Shown here in pieces: positions 9,128-18,588 of a stretch of 32,000 bases of DNA. The notes below the pieces were generated by a model. It was not told where the DNA came from. It made no database searches and saw only the letters and a program-made list of their open reading frames with translations. Made by a program: the position numbers and the translations under genes. The DNA is from Thermodesulfobacterium commune DSM 2178 (GTDB lineage Bacteria > Desulfobacterota > Thermodesulfobacteria > Thermodesulfobacteriales > Thermodesulfobacteriaceae), in assembly GCF_000734015.1 (NCBI RefSeq), contig NZ_CP008796.1:810001-842000 (forward strand). Direction: 5' to 3'. How positions within the stretch are numbered: the stretch's first letter is position 1; the number at the start of each line of letters is the position of its first letter.

Positions 9128-11149
9128 ATGGAGAATACTGCAAAACAATTAAAAGATTTACTTATTGAAAATCTCAACAACTTTCTTGTTTTCAAAAAAA
9201 TTCTAGAGGATTACGAACAAAAAATCCAACCTTATGAGCTTTTAGACATTTTAATAAGTCTTCTTCAAAAAAAAGAGGCATTAAGTAAAGAGGTAGAGAT
9301 TTTCCTCTTGTCAAAGCTTGCCTATATTTGCGAAAATATCTATGAATTTAAAAAGGCCTTTAACATCTACAAACAGCTATTTATTTCTACTTCTGACCCT
9401 AAATATTTAGAAAAAACAGAAAAACTTCAGGTACTAAAGAAGCTTGAACGATTAAAGTTTGTTTTTAAAAAACTTAATCTTAAAATAGAAGAACTTTTAA
9501 AACTTTATACCGAAAGTTTAGAAACTAACAAAAGCTTAGAACTTTTACTTATAGAACGTTATAAAGTGAAGAAGTCAGAAATACTTGAGTCTGTTAAAAA
9601 CGTTTATCAAATCCCGGTTATTGACGCAAGAGATTTAACAAAGTATTCTAAAATGCCTCAAGTTTTAGGGGTAAAAAAACAGTTTTTTTTAGATGCTCTT
9701 TGTGTACCCCTAAAAGAAACCGGTAGGATTTATCTCGTCTGTTATGATCCTGAAGACCAAGAAAACATAGAAAAAGTTAAAAAAGTCCTTCAACTTTCTT
9801 CTGAAAACTTGGTGTTAAGTTTTGCGATCAAAGAAGATTTGATAGCTATAATAGACAGCTATTTTTCCGAAGAAATGTTGCCTATACTAGAAAGGACCGA
9901 GATAGAAGAGGTACAGGAAGAGGAAGAAATAGAAGATGTATCTTTGATAGATAGTGCCATCGTTCAACTGGTGAATTTCATCATAGAAGAAGCTTATAAA
10001 AGACGAGCCTCAGACATTCATTGGGAAAGTTTAACCGGGAAGAAGGGGTTGCAAGTAAGGTTTAGAGTGGATGGAGAGTGCTTTCAGTATTCTACCATCC
10101 CTGAACATCAGAAAAGACAGGTTATCTCTCGTATTAAAATCATGGCCAATCTTAACATTGCAGAAAAAAGATTACCCCAAGACGGAAAGATAAAATTTAG
10201 AACCAAAGAAGGCAAAGAGTTTGAAATAAGGGTAGCCACCATTCCTACCATCGAAAATAATGAAGACGTAGTTATGAGAATTTTAGGAGGGATCGAGTTT
10301 AGACAATTAGAAGAAATAGACCTATTAGAAGAAAACTACCAAAACTTCAAAAAAATTTTAGACTATCCCTATGGGTTGATCTTAGTAGTAGGGCCTACTG
10401 GTTCAGGTAAAACCACAACCCTTCATGCTGCTTTAAAATATTTAAATAAGCCAAACAAAAAAATCTGGACAGCTGAAGACCCAGTAGAAATAGTACAAGA
10501 AGGTCTTCGTCAGGTACAAGTTAACCCTAAGATCGGGCTTACCTTTGCCAAAGTACTTCGAGCCTTTTTACGTGCAGACCCTGACATCATCATGATAGGA
10601 GAAACAAGAGATGAAGAAACAGCTCATACTTTAATAGAGGCCTCTCTTACCGGCCATTTAGTTTTAAGCACCTTACATACTAACAGTGCCCCTGAAACCA
10701 TCACCAGACTTTTAGGGATGGGTATAGATCCGTTTAACTTTGCAGACGCTTTACTGGGAGTTCTTGCTCAAAGATTGACTAAAAGACTCTGCAAAGAATG
10801 CAAGGAACTTTATACCCCTTCAGAAGAAGAGATAGAACGTCTTAAAAGAGAATACGGATTTCATCCTACTAAACCTCTGACCGATGAAATGATTGAAAAA
10901 GCTACTTTTTTCAGGCCTGTAGGGTGTCCTCAGTGTAACTATACAGGTTTTAAAGGTAGGATGGCTATACATGAACTTCTTATTCCTGATGAAGAAATAA
11001 GAGAATACATTATAAAAAACAAACCTGCTAACGAGATTAGAAACTTAGCTATCACTAAAGGATTTACGACCCTTAAACAAGACGGTATTTTAAAAGTTTT
11101 AAAAGGCGAAACTACCTTAAAACAAGTGCTTGCTGTAACCGTAAGGTAA
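9128..11149 (+). CDS. GspE/PulE/PilB-family secretion or type IV pilus ATPase with extended N-terminus
   Basis: Has ASDIHWE, RFRVDGE, RLPQDGKI, Walker A GPTGSGKTTT, Asp box IMIGETRDEETA and His box LVLSTLHTN. Tetracysteine CKEC..CPQC. One GspE_N/MshEN-like domain follows a helical N-terminal extension of about 130 aa. ATG 9128 preferred over TTG 9122. Confidence 0.85.
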   Translation: MENTAKQLKDLLIENLNNFLVFKKILEDYEQKIQPYELLDILISLLQKKEALSKEVEIFLLSKLAYICENIYEFKKAFNIYKQLFISTSDPKYLEKTEKLQVLKKLERLKFVFKKLNLKIEELLKLYTESLETNKSLELLLIERYKVKKSEILESVKNVYQIPVIDARDLTKYSKMPQVLGVKKQFFLDALCVPLKETGRIYLVCYDPEDQENIEKVKKVLQLSSENLVLSFAIKEDLIAIIDSYFSEEMLPILERTEIEEVQEEEEIEDVSLIDSAIVQLVNFIIEEAYKRRASDIHWESLTGKKGLQVRFRVDGECFQYSTIPEHQKRQVISRIKIMANLNIAEKRLPQDGKIKFRTKEGKEFEIRVATIPTIENNEDVVMRILGGIEFRQLEEIDLLEENYQNFKKILDYPYGLILVVGPTGSGKTTTLHAALKYLNKPNKKIWTAEDPVEIVQEGLRQVQVNPKIGLTFAKVLRAFLRADPDIIMIGETRDEETAHTLIEASLTGHLVLSTLHTNSAPETITRLLGMGIDPFNFADALLGVLAQRLTKRLCKECKELYTPSEEEIERLKREYGFHPTKPLTDEMIEKATFFRPVGCPQCNYTGFKGRMAIHELLIPDEEIREYIIKNKPANEIRNLAITKGFTTLKQDGILKVLKGETTLKQVLAVTVR

Positions 11150-11953
11150 ATGCCTTTACCTTCACCGATCAAATTTAAAAAAGTATGGAAAGTAAAGACT
11201 AACCAAGACATATCTGAGTTTGAAGATTTATTAGCAACAGAAACCAAAGTTAGGCTTCTGATAAACGAACAGGAAATCCTCTCCCTTGCAGCAACCCCTA
11301 TGCACCTTAAAGAACTAATCGTAAGTTTTATCCTTACAGAAGGTCTGATACAGGATGTCTGGTGTCCGGAAGAACTTGAATTAATAGAAAAAAACGGAGA
11401 GGTCATCGCTAAAGTATATACCTATGAAAAAGTGGATCTTCCTTCAAAAACTCTTTCTTCAGGATGCTTTGCCTCATACAGTTTTCTCTCTGAGATACAA
11501 CCTTATAACTCTTTTAATTTTAAGGTTGACAAAAACTCTATATTTAACTTGTTTAAAGCTTTTGTTAGAAAAGCAGAACTATTTAAACTCACAGGTTGTT
11601 TGCACTCAGCAGCCATTTGTAGCCAAGAAGACATAATTTTTTATGCAGAAGACATAGGAAGACATAATGCGGTCGACAAAGTATTAGGATATGCCCTTTT
11701 AAATGGTCTTTCCTTCGAAGACAAGCTTATCCTCGTAAGCGGTAGGATTTCTTCAGAAATGGTACTTAAGGTGGGGAGATGGAAAATTCCCTTTTTAATA
11801 AGCCGCAGTGCACCCACCTCCTTAGCCGTTGAACTTGCTGAAAAAATCGGAGTCACTTTAATAGGCTTTTTACGAGGTGAAAGGTTTAATGTTTATACCT
11901 ACCCTCAAAGAATATTAGAGTTTGCAAACCACGGAGGGTCAAATGGGAATTAA
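11150..11953 (+). CDS. fdhD: Formate dehydrogenase accessory sulfurtransferase FdhD
   Basis: TGCLHSAA, EDIGRHNAVDKVLGYALL, SGRISSEMVLKVGRWKIPFLISRSAPTSLAVELAEKIGVTLIGFLRGERFNVYTYPQR. ATG directly abuts the gspE-like TAA. Confidence 0.85.
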   Translation: MPLPSPIKFKKVWKVKTNQDISEFEDLLATETKVRLLINEQEILSLAATPMHLKELIVSFILTEGLIQDVWCPEELELIEKNGEVIAKVYTYEKVDLPSKTLSSGCFASYSFLSEIQPYNSFNFKVDKNSIFNLFKAFVRKAELFKLTGCLHSAAICSQEDIIFYAEDIGRHNAVDKVLGYALLNGLSFEDKLILVSGRISSEMVLKVGRWKIPFLISRSAPTSLAVELAEKIGVTLIGFLRGERFNVYTYPQRILEFANHGGSNGN

Positions 11954-13340
11954 AATCGGATTTTATGGAGGAGCGGGAGGGGTAACGGGAAGTTGTTTTC
12001 TTTTGAACATAAGAAATACAAAGATCTTGGTTGATTGTGGGCTTTTCCAGGGACTTGAGAGTTCAAAAAACCAGAACTCTTTTCCTTTTGACCCTAAGGA
12101 AATCTCTTATCTTATTCTTACTCATGCCCATATCGACCATTGTGGAAGGCTTCCTCTTTTAGTAAAAGAAGGCTTCAGAGGCAAAATCATCTGTACTAAA
12201 CCTACTTCTCAAATAGCTAAGATTATGCTTCTTGACGCAGCAAAAGTGATGAGAGAGCATTATAAAACGCTATACAAAAAATCGATTAAGAGAGGATTAG
12301 ACCTACCTCCTCCCCCTCTTTATGACGAATATGATGTAGTAGAAAGTTTTAACTTTTTTAAAATAAACCTCAACTTTAATACACCTTTGATTTTAGAAAA
12401 CAAAATAAAAGTCCTTTTTAAAGACGCAGGCCATATACTTGGGTCCTGTTTTGTTCAGATAGAAGACTTAGAGACCAAACAAAAAATAACCTTTTCTGGA
12501 GATTTAGGAAATAAGAACAAACCTATCGTAAAAGACTTTGACTATCCCTTACCTACAGACTTTTTATGTATAGAAACCACTTATGCAGATAGAGATCATA
12601 AATCTTTTGAAGAATCAAAAAAAGAACTGTTAGAAGCAATTCTTGAAACCTTCGAAAGAGGAGGAAACGTCTTTATTCCCACTTTTGCTCTCGAGAGAGC
12701 TCAAGAAATTCTTTACACGTTGAGAGAATTTTATGAACAAAAACTTCTTCCCCCTTGCTATGTCTTTTTAGATAGTCCTCTTGCCATCAAGGCTACCAAA
12801 ATATTTAAAGACAACCCTGAATTTTTTGATGAAGAGGCTTATAAAGTGTTTACTCAAAAAGACCCTTTTGAGTTCCCCTATCTAACCCTTACAGAAGACG
12901 TAGAAGAATCTAAACAGATAAATAACGTAAGATCACGGGCTATAATCATTGCGGGAAATGGCACTATTACTGGAGGAAGAATTCTTCATCACCTAAGAAA
13001 CAACATATATCGCCCAGAATGTAGTTTGGTTTTTGTAGGTTTTCAGCCTAAGGGAACCTTAGGGAGGCTCATCGTAGATGGAGCTAAAAAAATACATATT
13101 TTTAGTGAAGAACTACCTGTTCGACTAAAGGTTTACACCATAAACGGTTTTTCCTCCCATGCAGGACAAAAGGAGTTGTTAGAATGGATTTCTCGTTTAG
13201 ACCATGTTAAAAAATTGTTTTTAGTACATGGAGAACCTGAAAAGATGGAGGTCTTTAAAAAAATCCTTTTAGAAAAATATCCTGAAAAATTTGATGAAAT
13301 CCATATTCCAGCATTATTTGAAGAGATGGTTTTAAACTAA
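11943..13340 (+). CDS. Beta-CASP family metallo-beta-lactamase RNase (CPSF73/RNase J-like, COG1236-type)
   Basis: GGVTGSCFLL, ILVDCG, motif 2 THAHIDHCGRLP, DAGHILGS, C-terminal GFSSHAGQKEL and LVHGE. ATG 11943 (GGAGGG 5 nt upstream) preferred over TTG 11922. Overlaps fdhD by 11 nt. Confidence 0.8.
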   Translation: MGIKIGFYGGAGGVTGSCFLLNIRNTKILVDCGLFQGLESSKNQNSFPFDPKEISYLILTHAHIDHCGRLPLLVKEGFRGKIICTKPTSQIAKIMLLDAAKVMREHYKTLYKKSIKRGLDLPPPPLYDEYDVVESFNFFKINLNFNTPLILENKIKVLFKDAGHILGSCFVQIEDLETKQKITFSGDLGNKNKPIVKDFDYPLPTDFLCIETTYADRDHKSFEESKKELLEAILETFERGGNVFIPTFALERAQEILYTLREFYEQKLLPPCYVFLDSPLAIKATKIFKDNPEFFDEEAYKVFTQKDPFEFPYLTLTEDVEESKQINNVRSRAIIIAGNGTITGGRILHHLRNNIYRPECSLVFVGFQPKGTLGRLIVDGAKKIHIFSEELPVRLKVYTINGFSSHAGQKELLEWISRLDHVKKLFLVHGEPEKMEVFKKILLEKYPEKFDEIHIPALFEEMVLN

Positions 13341-13361
13341 GCAAAAAAATTGGAGTAAGAC

Positions 13362-13943
13362 ATGGAAAAAGAGAGATTAGTTCCAGATACAAGTATTTTT
13401 ACCAATCCTGACGTTTATAAACAGTTTGGTTCAAACCCTTCAGAAGCCTTCACTAACTTTCTTTTAATGGTAGCAGAATTAGAAGGAGAGATAAACGTTT
13501 ATTTACCAAGTTCTGTGTTCGAAGAGCTAAAAAGGATGCTTAACAACCTTAAACTCCCTCCTAAAGCAAGATCAGTGCTTAAGGTGAAATCTCCCAAAAA
13601 ATATGAACTCTATATCCCTGCTTTTTTGATGTATGAATTTATAGAAGAATTAAGAAATAGGATCAACAAAGGCCTTAGAGTAGCCGAAGAGGCGGTAAAA
13701 GCCTCTACTTATAAAAAACCTGAAGAGGTCCTTAAATTTTTAAGAAGAAGATATAGAGAAGTATTAAGGGAAGGGATAGTTGACTCTAAAGAGGACTTAG
13801 AGATTATCCTTTTAGCCCTTGAGCTCGATGCCCTTGTACTTTCTGCAGACAAAGGGGTTCTCAACATGGCTGATAAGTTAGGCCTAAGATACCTTGAACC
13901 TCAGGATATAAAAGAAACCTTAGAGGGATTTAAACTCTGGTAA
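13362..13943 (+). CDS. PIN-like nuclease of the UPF0278 / HARP family (candidate RNA-free RNase P)
   Basis: 193 aa. VPDTSIFTNPDVY, RNRINKGLRVAEE, DSKEDLEIILLALELDALVLSADKG. Length and motifs match my recollection of Aquifex Aq_880-type proteins. GGAG upstream of the ATG. Confidence 0.6.
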   Translation: MEKERLVPDTSIFTNPDVYKQFGSNPSEAFTNFLLMVAELEGEINVYLPSSVFEELKRMLNNLKLPPKARSVLKVKSPKKYELYIPAFLMYEFIEELRNRINKGLRVAEEAVKASTYKKPEEVLKFLRRRYREVLREGIVDSKEDLEIILLALELDALVLSADKGVLNMADKLGLRYLEPQDIKETLEGFKLW

Positions 13944-13948
13944 GGGTT

Positions 13949-14485
13949 TTATAGTTTCAACTCGTTAAACATTATGTCTTGAAGTATAATTTCAGCTAAA
14001 TCTTGAGAAAGAAGTTTTAAGGCCTCTTCTCTACCAGGGTCTAAAAAATTAACCACCTGTTGTTGAGCTACACGATAAATCTCATAACGGCTAATCGGTC
14101 GTTTTAAAATAACCTTTCCGGTTTTTCTTTCGATAAGCTGATATTCTCCCTCAAAAGATATCTTTCTTTCTTTAGTAACCAAAAAAGTTTCATAAGAAAT
14201 CGGATCTAAGTAGACCTTTTTCACCTCACCTTTTAAAATCAGATCTGCTTTTTCTTCATCATATACAGGAAGTAAAAACTGACCTTGTGCAAACTTATGT
14301 CTTAGGTAATAAGAAAGATATTCTCCCAAAGAAGTTTCAGAAGAATAGTTTTTCCACGGGGGGATATAAATAGTCTTCCAGTCTTCTTTTAAATATAAAG
14401 GGCGCTGGTAAAAACTATAACCACAACCTAAAAGTATAAAACTAAACCACAAAATTAATAAGTTTCTTAGGGACAAAAACCACAT
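13949..14485 (-). CDS. lptE: LptE-like LPS-assembly lipoprotein
   Basis: Signal peptide with lipobox ILLGC-GYSF. About 180 aa, alpha/beta pattern. Conserved position immediately downstream of leuS, which it overlaps by 44 nt. Confidence 0.55.
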   Translation of the reverse strand: MWFLSLRNLLILWFSFILLGCGYSFYQRPLYLKEDWKTIYIPPWKNYSSETSLGEYLSYYLRHKFAQGQFLLPVYDEEKADLILKGEVKKVYLDPISYETFLVTKERKISFEGEYQLIERKTGKVILKRPISRYEIYRVAQQQVVNFLDPGREEALKLLSQDLAEIILQDIMFNELKL

Positions 14486-17027
14486 TTTTGATTGTTTTTC
14501 CTTCTAAATATTTTTTTACCTTTGGTCTTTCTTTTATCATGGCTTCTAACTCTTCTTTAGTAGCCTCAACCGAAACCTCTACTTGATCTCTCACCTTACC
14601 GTTCACCTGAACTACAAGCGTATAGGTCTCATCTATCAACCAAGCTTCTTCGTACTCAGGGAAACGTTCGCAGGAAATAAAAGTCTTATTTCCAAGCTCT
14701 TGCCATAACTCTTCTGCCAAATGAGGACATACAGGAGATATAAGCAACACCACCTTTTCTAGACACTCTTTTATTAGTTTTTTATGCACCATGTTGTTTA
14801 AATCCATTTCTTTTAGATAATCCTGAAATAGGTTTAAAAATTCCATGATAGCTGCAATTCCCGTGTTAAACCTGAGTCTTTTTTCAAAATCTTCAGAAAC
14901 TTTTTTAATCGTCTTGTGGAGTTTTTTTCTAAGAGGCACTAATTTGGGATCAAGGTTTTTAAACTCTTCGGAGGTATAATTTATTTCTTTTAAAACTTCT
15001 GCATAATCTACCACTAAATGGTAAAGTCTTTTTAAAAACCTATATGCTCCTTCTATACCATGGTCACTCCACTCAAGGTCTTTTTCAGGTGGAGCTGCAA
15101 AGGAGATAAAAAGTCTTACGGTGTCTGCTCCGTATTTTTTAATCATCACATCAGGGTCTACTACATTACATTTACTTTTTGACATCTTTTCAAACTTACC
15201 TACGATGATTTTTTGATCACATCCTGGTTTTAAACATTTTCCCTCAGGAGAAACCTCTTCAGGATAAACCCATCCATGCACCGGACATTTATAGGTTTCT
15301 TTTATAACCATCCCTTGGGTAAGTAATTTTTTAAACGGCTCGTTTATCTTAAAATAACCAAGGTCTCTTAGAACTTTGGTAAAAAATCTGGCATAAAGAA
15401 GGTGTAAAATTGCATGTTCTATACCACCAATATACTGGTCTACAGGTAACCAGTAATGGATATCCTCTGGATTAAAAGGTTCAGGATAATCAGGACAGGC
15501 AAACCTTGCGAAATACCACGAAGACTCCATAAAAGTATCAAAGGTATCAGTTTCTCGTTTAGCTGGGCCTCCACACTTAGGACAGGTAGTATTAACAAAA
15601 TCAGATAACAAAGGCAAAGGAGATCTCCCAGTAAAGTCTATTTGAACGTCTGTAGGTAAAACTACCGGAAGGTTTTCCAGTTTTTCAGGAACAATTCCGC
15701 ATTTATCGCAATAGACCATAGGAATAGGACAACCCCAATATCTTTGTCTTGAAACTCCCCAGTCTCTAAGCCTGTAAGTTATCTTTTTTCGGCCCAAACC
15801 TTTTTCTTCGAGATAAGCAGTTATTTTACTTTTTCCTTCTATACTTGGGAGACCGGTAAAAGGTCCTGAATTTACCATAATCCCAGGTTTTTCATAAGCT
15901 TCTTTAAGGTCTTCAGGGTTTAAGTTCATACCCTCTGGTTGAATTACTATTTTTATAGGAAGATTATATTTCTTGGCAAACTCAAAGTCTCTTTGGTCGT
16001 GCGCAGGAACACACATAATAGCTCCGGTTCCATATTCCATAAGTACAAAATTGGCTGCATACACAGGAAGTTTCTCCCTGGTCAAAGGATGGATAGCATA
16101 ACTTTCTAAGAATAAACCCTCTTTTTCTGCCATACCTGTTTCAATTTCTCTTCTTTCCTTTCTGACTCTATCTATAAACTCGGCTAGCACCTGAGACAAC
16201 CCTTTTTTTTCAGCTAATTTTTTAGCTAATGGATGTTCAGGGGAGAGAGAAATAAAGGTAGCACCATAAAGGGTATCAGGGCGGGTGGTGTAAACTATTA
16301 AGTCTTCTTCTATGTCTGGTAAAAAGAACTTTATTTCTGCTCCTTCACTTTTCCCTATCCAGTTCCTCTGCATTACAATAACTTTTTCAGGCCAGTATTT
16401 CTCAAGCTCATCAAGATCTTTTAAAAGTTCCTCAGCATAAGCTGTTATTCTTAAAAACCAACCTTCCATTTCTTTATAAGTGACCTCAGTTCCACAACGC
16501 CAACAACATCCATCCTCCACCTGTTCGTTAGCAAGTACCGTATGGCAAGAAGGGCACCAGTTAACCAACGAGGTTTTCCTATAGGCAAGTCCATTTTCAT
16601 ACATCTCGATAAAAAACCTTTGTTCAAACTTATAATAACTTGGGTCACAAGTAGCTAACTCACGTTTCCAGTCGTAACTAAAACCAAGTTTTTTTAACTG
16701 ATTTTTCATGTAGGCTATGTTATCATAGGTCCATTTAGCAGGATGAACCCCATGTTTTAAAGCCGCATTTTCTGCAGGGAGTCCAAAAGCATCCCATCCC
16801 ATAGGATGAAGCACGTTATACCCTTTCATCCTTTTTACTCGGGCTAAAATATCACCTAAGGTATAGTTTCTTACATGCCCCATATGTATTCTTCCGGAAG
16901 GATAAGGGAACATTTCAAGAACATAATATTTAGGTTTAGAGGGATCGGTTTTGGCTTCAAAAACCTGATGTTTTTCCCAGAGTTCTTGCCATTTTTCTTC
17001 TATAGCAGAAAAATCATACTTTTTCAT
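14442..17027 (-). CDS. leuS: Leucine--tRNA ligase
   Basis: HIGH motif [13 protein letters not shown] motif, CP1 editing domain, zinc-binding cysteines, 861 aa. Confidence 0.97.
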   Translation of the reverse strand: MKKYDFSAIEEKWQELWEKHQVFEAKTDPSKPKYYVLEMFPYPSGRIHMGHVRNYTLGDILARVKRMKGYNVLHPMGWDAFGLPAENAALKHGVHPAKWTYDNIAYMKNQLKKLGFSYDWKRELATCDPSYYKFEQRFFIEMYENGLAYRKTSLVNWCPSCHTVLANEQVEDGCCWRCGTEVTYKEMEGWFLRITAYAEELLKDLDELEKYWPEKVIVMQRNWIGKSEGAEIKFFLPDIEEDLIVYTTRPDTLYGATFISLSPEHPLAKKLAEKKGLSQVLAEFIDRVRKERREIETGMAEKEGLFLESYAIHPLTREKLPVYAANFVLMEYGTGAIMCVPAHDQRDFEFAKKYNLPIKIVIQPEGMNLNPEDLKEAYEKPGIMVNSGPFTGLPSIEGKSKITAYLEEKGLGRKKITYRLRDWGVSRQRYWGCPIPMVYCDKCGIVPEKLENLPVVLPTDVQIDFTGRSPLPLLSDFVNTTCPKCGGPAKRETDTFDTFMESSWYFARFACPDYPEPFNPEDIHYWLPVDQYIGGIEHAILHLLYARFFTKVLRDLGYFKINEPFKKLLTQGMVIKETYKCPVHGWVYPEEVSPEGKCLKPGCDQKIIVGKFEKMSKSKCNVVDPDVMIKKYGADTVRLFISFAAPPEKDLEWSDHGIEGAYRFLKRLYHLVVDYAEVLKEINYTSEEFKNLDPKLVPLRKKLHKTIKKVSEDFEKRLRFNTGIAAIMEFLNLFQDYLKEMDLNNMVHKKLIKECLEKVVLLISPVCPHLAEELWQELGNKTFISCERFPEYEEAWLIDETYTLVVQVNGKVRDQVEVSVEATKEELEAMIKERPKVKKYLEGKTIKNVVFVPKKLINFVV

Positions 17028-17223
17028 AAGAACCCCCTTCTACAGAAATAGCTTTTACAGGACAATTCTCTATGGCAGATATACAATCACAAGATTTACA
17101 TCCCTCAAAATTATAAACCAAAGCCTTTCTTTCTGGACCCCACGTAAAAACCTCAGGACATATCTCTATACAATATCCACAGCCTATACAACTTTCTTGG
17201 TCTACTTCTAAGGAAGTAATCAT
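17014..17223 (-). CDS. Small [4Fe-4S] ferredoxin (single-cluster Fer4_13-like)
   Basis: 69 aa. [15 protein letters not shown] plus distal CKSCDC..NCPVKAI. Start shares the A of the icd TAA (TAATG). The 3' end overlaps the leuS start by 14 nt. Confidence 0.8.
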   Translation of the reverse strand: MITSLEVDQESCIGCGYCIEICPEVFTWGPERKALVYNFEGCKSCDCISAIENCPVKAISVEGGSYEKV

Positions 17224-18449
17224 TACATTTCTTCCTTGTAAATATTTTCTACTATAGCTTCAGCAAACTCAGAACATTTAACCTCTTTGGCCCCTTCAAG
17301 TTGTCTTGCTAAATCATAAGTCACTATCTTTTGTTGAATGGTTTTGGTAAGACCTTTCCAAATAAGTTCAGCAGCCTCTTTCCATCCAAGATATTCAAGC
17401 ATCATTTTTCCAGAAAGTATCAAAGAAGAAGGATTAACCTTGTCTAATCCAGCATACTTAGGAGCTGACCCATGGGTAGCCTCAAAAACAGCATATCCAT
17501 CTCCTATGTTAGCACCAGGTGCCATCCCCAAACCACCTACCTGAGCAGCTAAAGCATCAGAAAGATAGTCCCCGTTTAAGTTAGGAGTAGCAAGTACCCC
17601 ATAGTCCTCTGGTCTAAGTAAAGCCCACTGAAACATAGCATCGGCTATTCTATCGTTAATGATAACCATACCTTCAGGAACACCCTCGGGGAACTTTTCT
17701 TTTAGCTCTTCCTCTAATACTACCTTGTCTGGAAACTCTGCCTTAGCTACCTCATAACCCCAAGCCCTAAAAGCCCCTTCGGTATATTTCATGATGTTAC
17801 CTTTATGCACCAACGTAACCGTTTTATATCCATTATTTAAGGCATACTGGATAGCTTTTTTTACCAACCTTGCGGTTCCAAACTTACTGATAGGTTTTAT
17901 CCCTATACCTGAATCTTCCCTTATTTCCTTTCCAAAAGTCTCTTTGATAAACTCTATCAGTTTTTTAGCCTCAGGGGACTCTGCTGGGAACTCTATACCT
18001 GCATAAACATCCTCAGTATTTTCTCTAAAAACTACCATGTTTACCTTTTCAGGATGTTTAACAGGTGAGGGGGTACCAGGGATCCATTTTACAGGCCTTA
18101 CACAGGCATAAAGATCAAGAACCTGTCTTAAAGTAACGTTTAAACTTCTAAAACCTCCTCCTACCGGAGTAGTCAACGGTCCTTTTAAAGCTACTACTGA
18201 ACTTTTGATAATTTCTAAAGTCTCCTCAGGAAGATAGGTACCTGTCTCTTTATAAGCCTTTTCTCCTGCTAAAACCTCTTTCCATAAGATCTTTTTCTTA
18301 CCTCCATAAGCCTTGTCAACCGCTGCGTTCAATACCTTTAAAGTAGCCTTCATTATATCAGGCCCAATTCCGTCACCCTCGATATAAGGAATTTCTGGAT
18401 CGTCAGGTACGATAAGAGAGAAATTTTCACCAATTTTAATCTTAGCCAT
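17223..18449 (-). CDS. icd: Isocitrate dehydrogenase (NADP-type, homodimeric prokaryotic class)
   Basis: [53 protein letters not shown], 408 aa. GGGGGA SD. Confidence 0.93.
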   Translation of the reverse strand: MAKIKIGENFSLIVPDDPEIPYIEGDGIGPDIMKATLKVLNAAVDKAYGGKKKILWKEVLAGEKAYKETGTYLPEETLEIIKSSVVALKGPLTTPVGGGFRSLNVTLRQVLDLYACVRPVKWIPGTPSPVKHPEKVNMVVFRENTEDVYAGIEFPAESPEAKKLIEFIKETFGKEIREDSGIGIKPISKFGTARLVKKAIQYALNNGYKTVTLVHKGNIMKYTEGAFRAWGYEVAKAEFPDKVVLEEELKEKFPEGVPEGMVIINDRIADAMFQWALLRPEDYGVLATPNLNGDYLSDALAAQVGGLGMAPGANIGDGYAVFEATHGSAPKYAGLDKVNPSSLILSGKMMLEYLGWKEAAELIWKGLTKTIQQKIVTYDLARQLEGAKEVKCSEFAEAIVENIYKEEM

Positions 18450-18493
18450 CCTGTCCCCCTTATAGAAAAATTGATTTTTTTCAAATCTACCAC

Positions 18494-18523
18494 ATCTTAG
18501 TTAAACTAACAACTTTTTATCAA
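18494..18523 (-). promoter_or_regulatory. Candidate promoter for icd
   Basis: Minus strand TTGATA (18523-18518), 18-nt spacer, TAAGAT (18499-18494). Confidence 0.3.
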
Positions 18524-18588
18524 CCTGATTTTAAACGATTTTGTGTTGACACTTGAGTAGAGAATTTTAATAACAAACTATGTAAAAA

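Noticed and set aside
10939-11406. 155-aa minus-strand ORF spanning the gspE-like/fdhD junction
   Set aside because: It is entirely antisense to two well-supported genes. The Ser/Cys/Ile-rich low-complexity translation is typical of the reverse frame of AT-rich coding DNA, with no SD and no recognisable motif.
9128-13943. Idea that ATPase plus MBL nuclease plus PIN nuclease form an anti-phage defense system
   Set aside because: The ATPase has a full GspE/PilB signature. The MBL protein is a standard beta-CASP RNase, and the PIN protein matches the HARP/UPF0278 pattern. FdhD sits in the middle. I saw no mobile-element context, no obvious compositional shift by eye, and no hallmark defense domains. 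I keep it only as an operon-organisation curiosity.
18546-18574. Plus-strand consensus TTGACA followed by TAATAA/AATAAC, pointing antisense into the 3' end of the Lon-like gene
   Set aside because: The -10 candidates match the consensus poorly (3 of 6), and there is no plus-strand gene to drive. It is probably chance in AT-rich intergenic DNA, though antisense transcription cannot be excluded without data.
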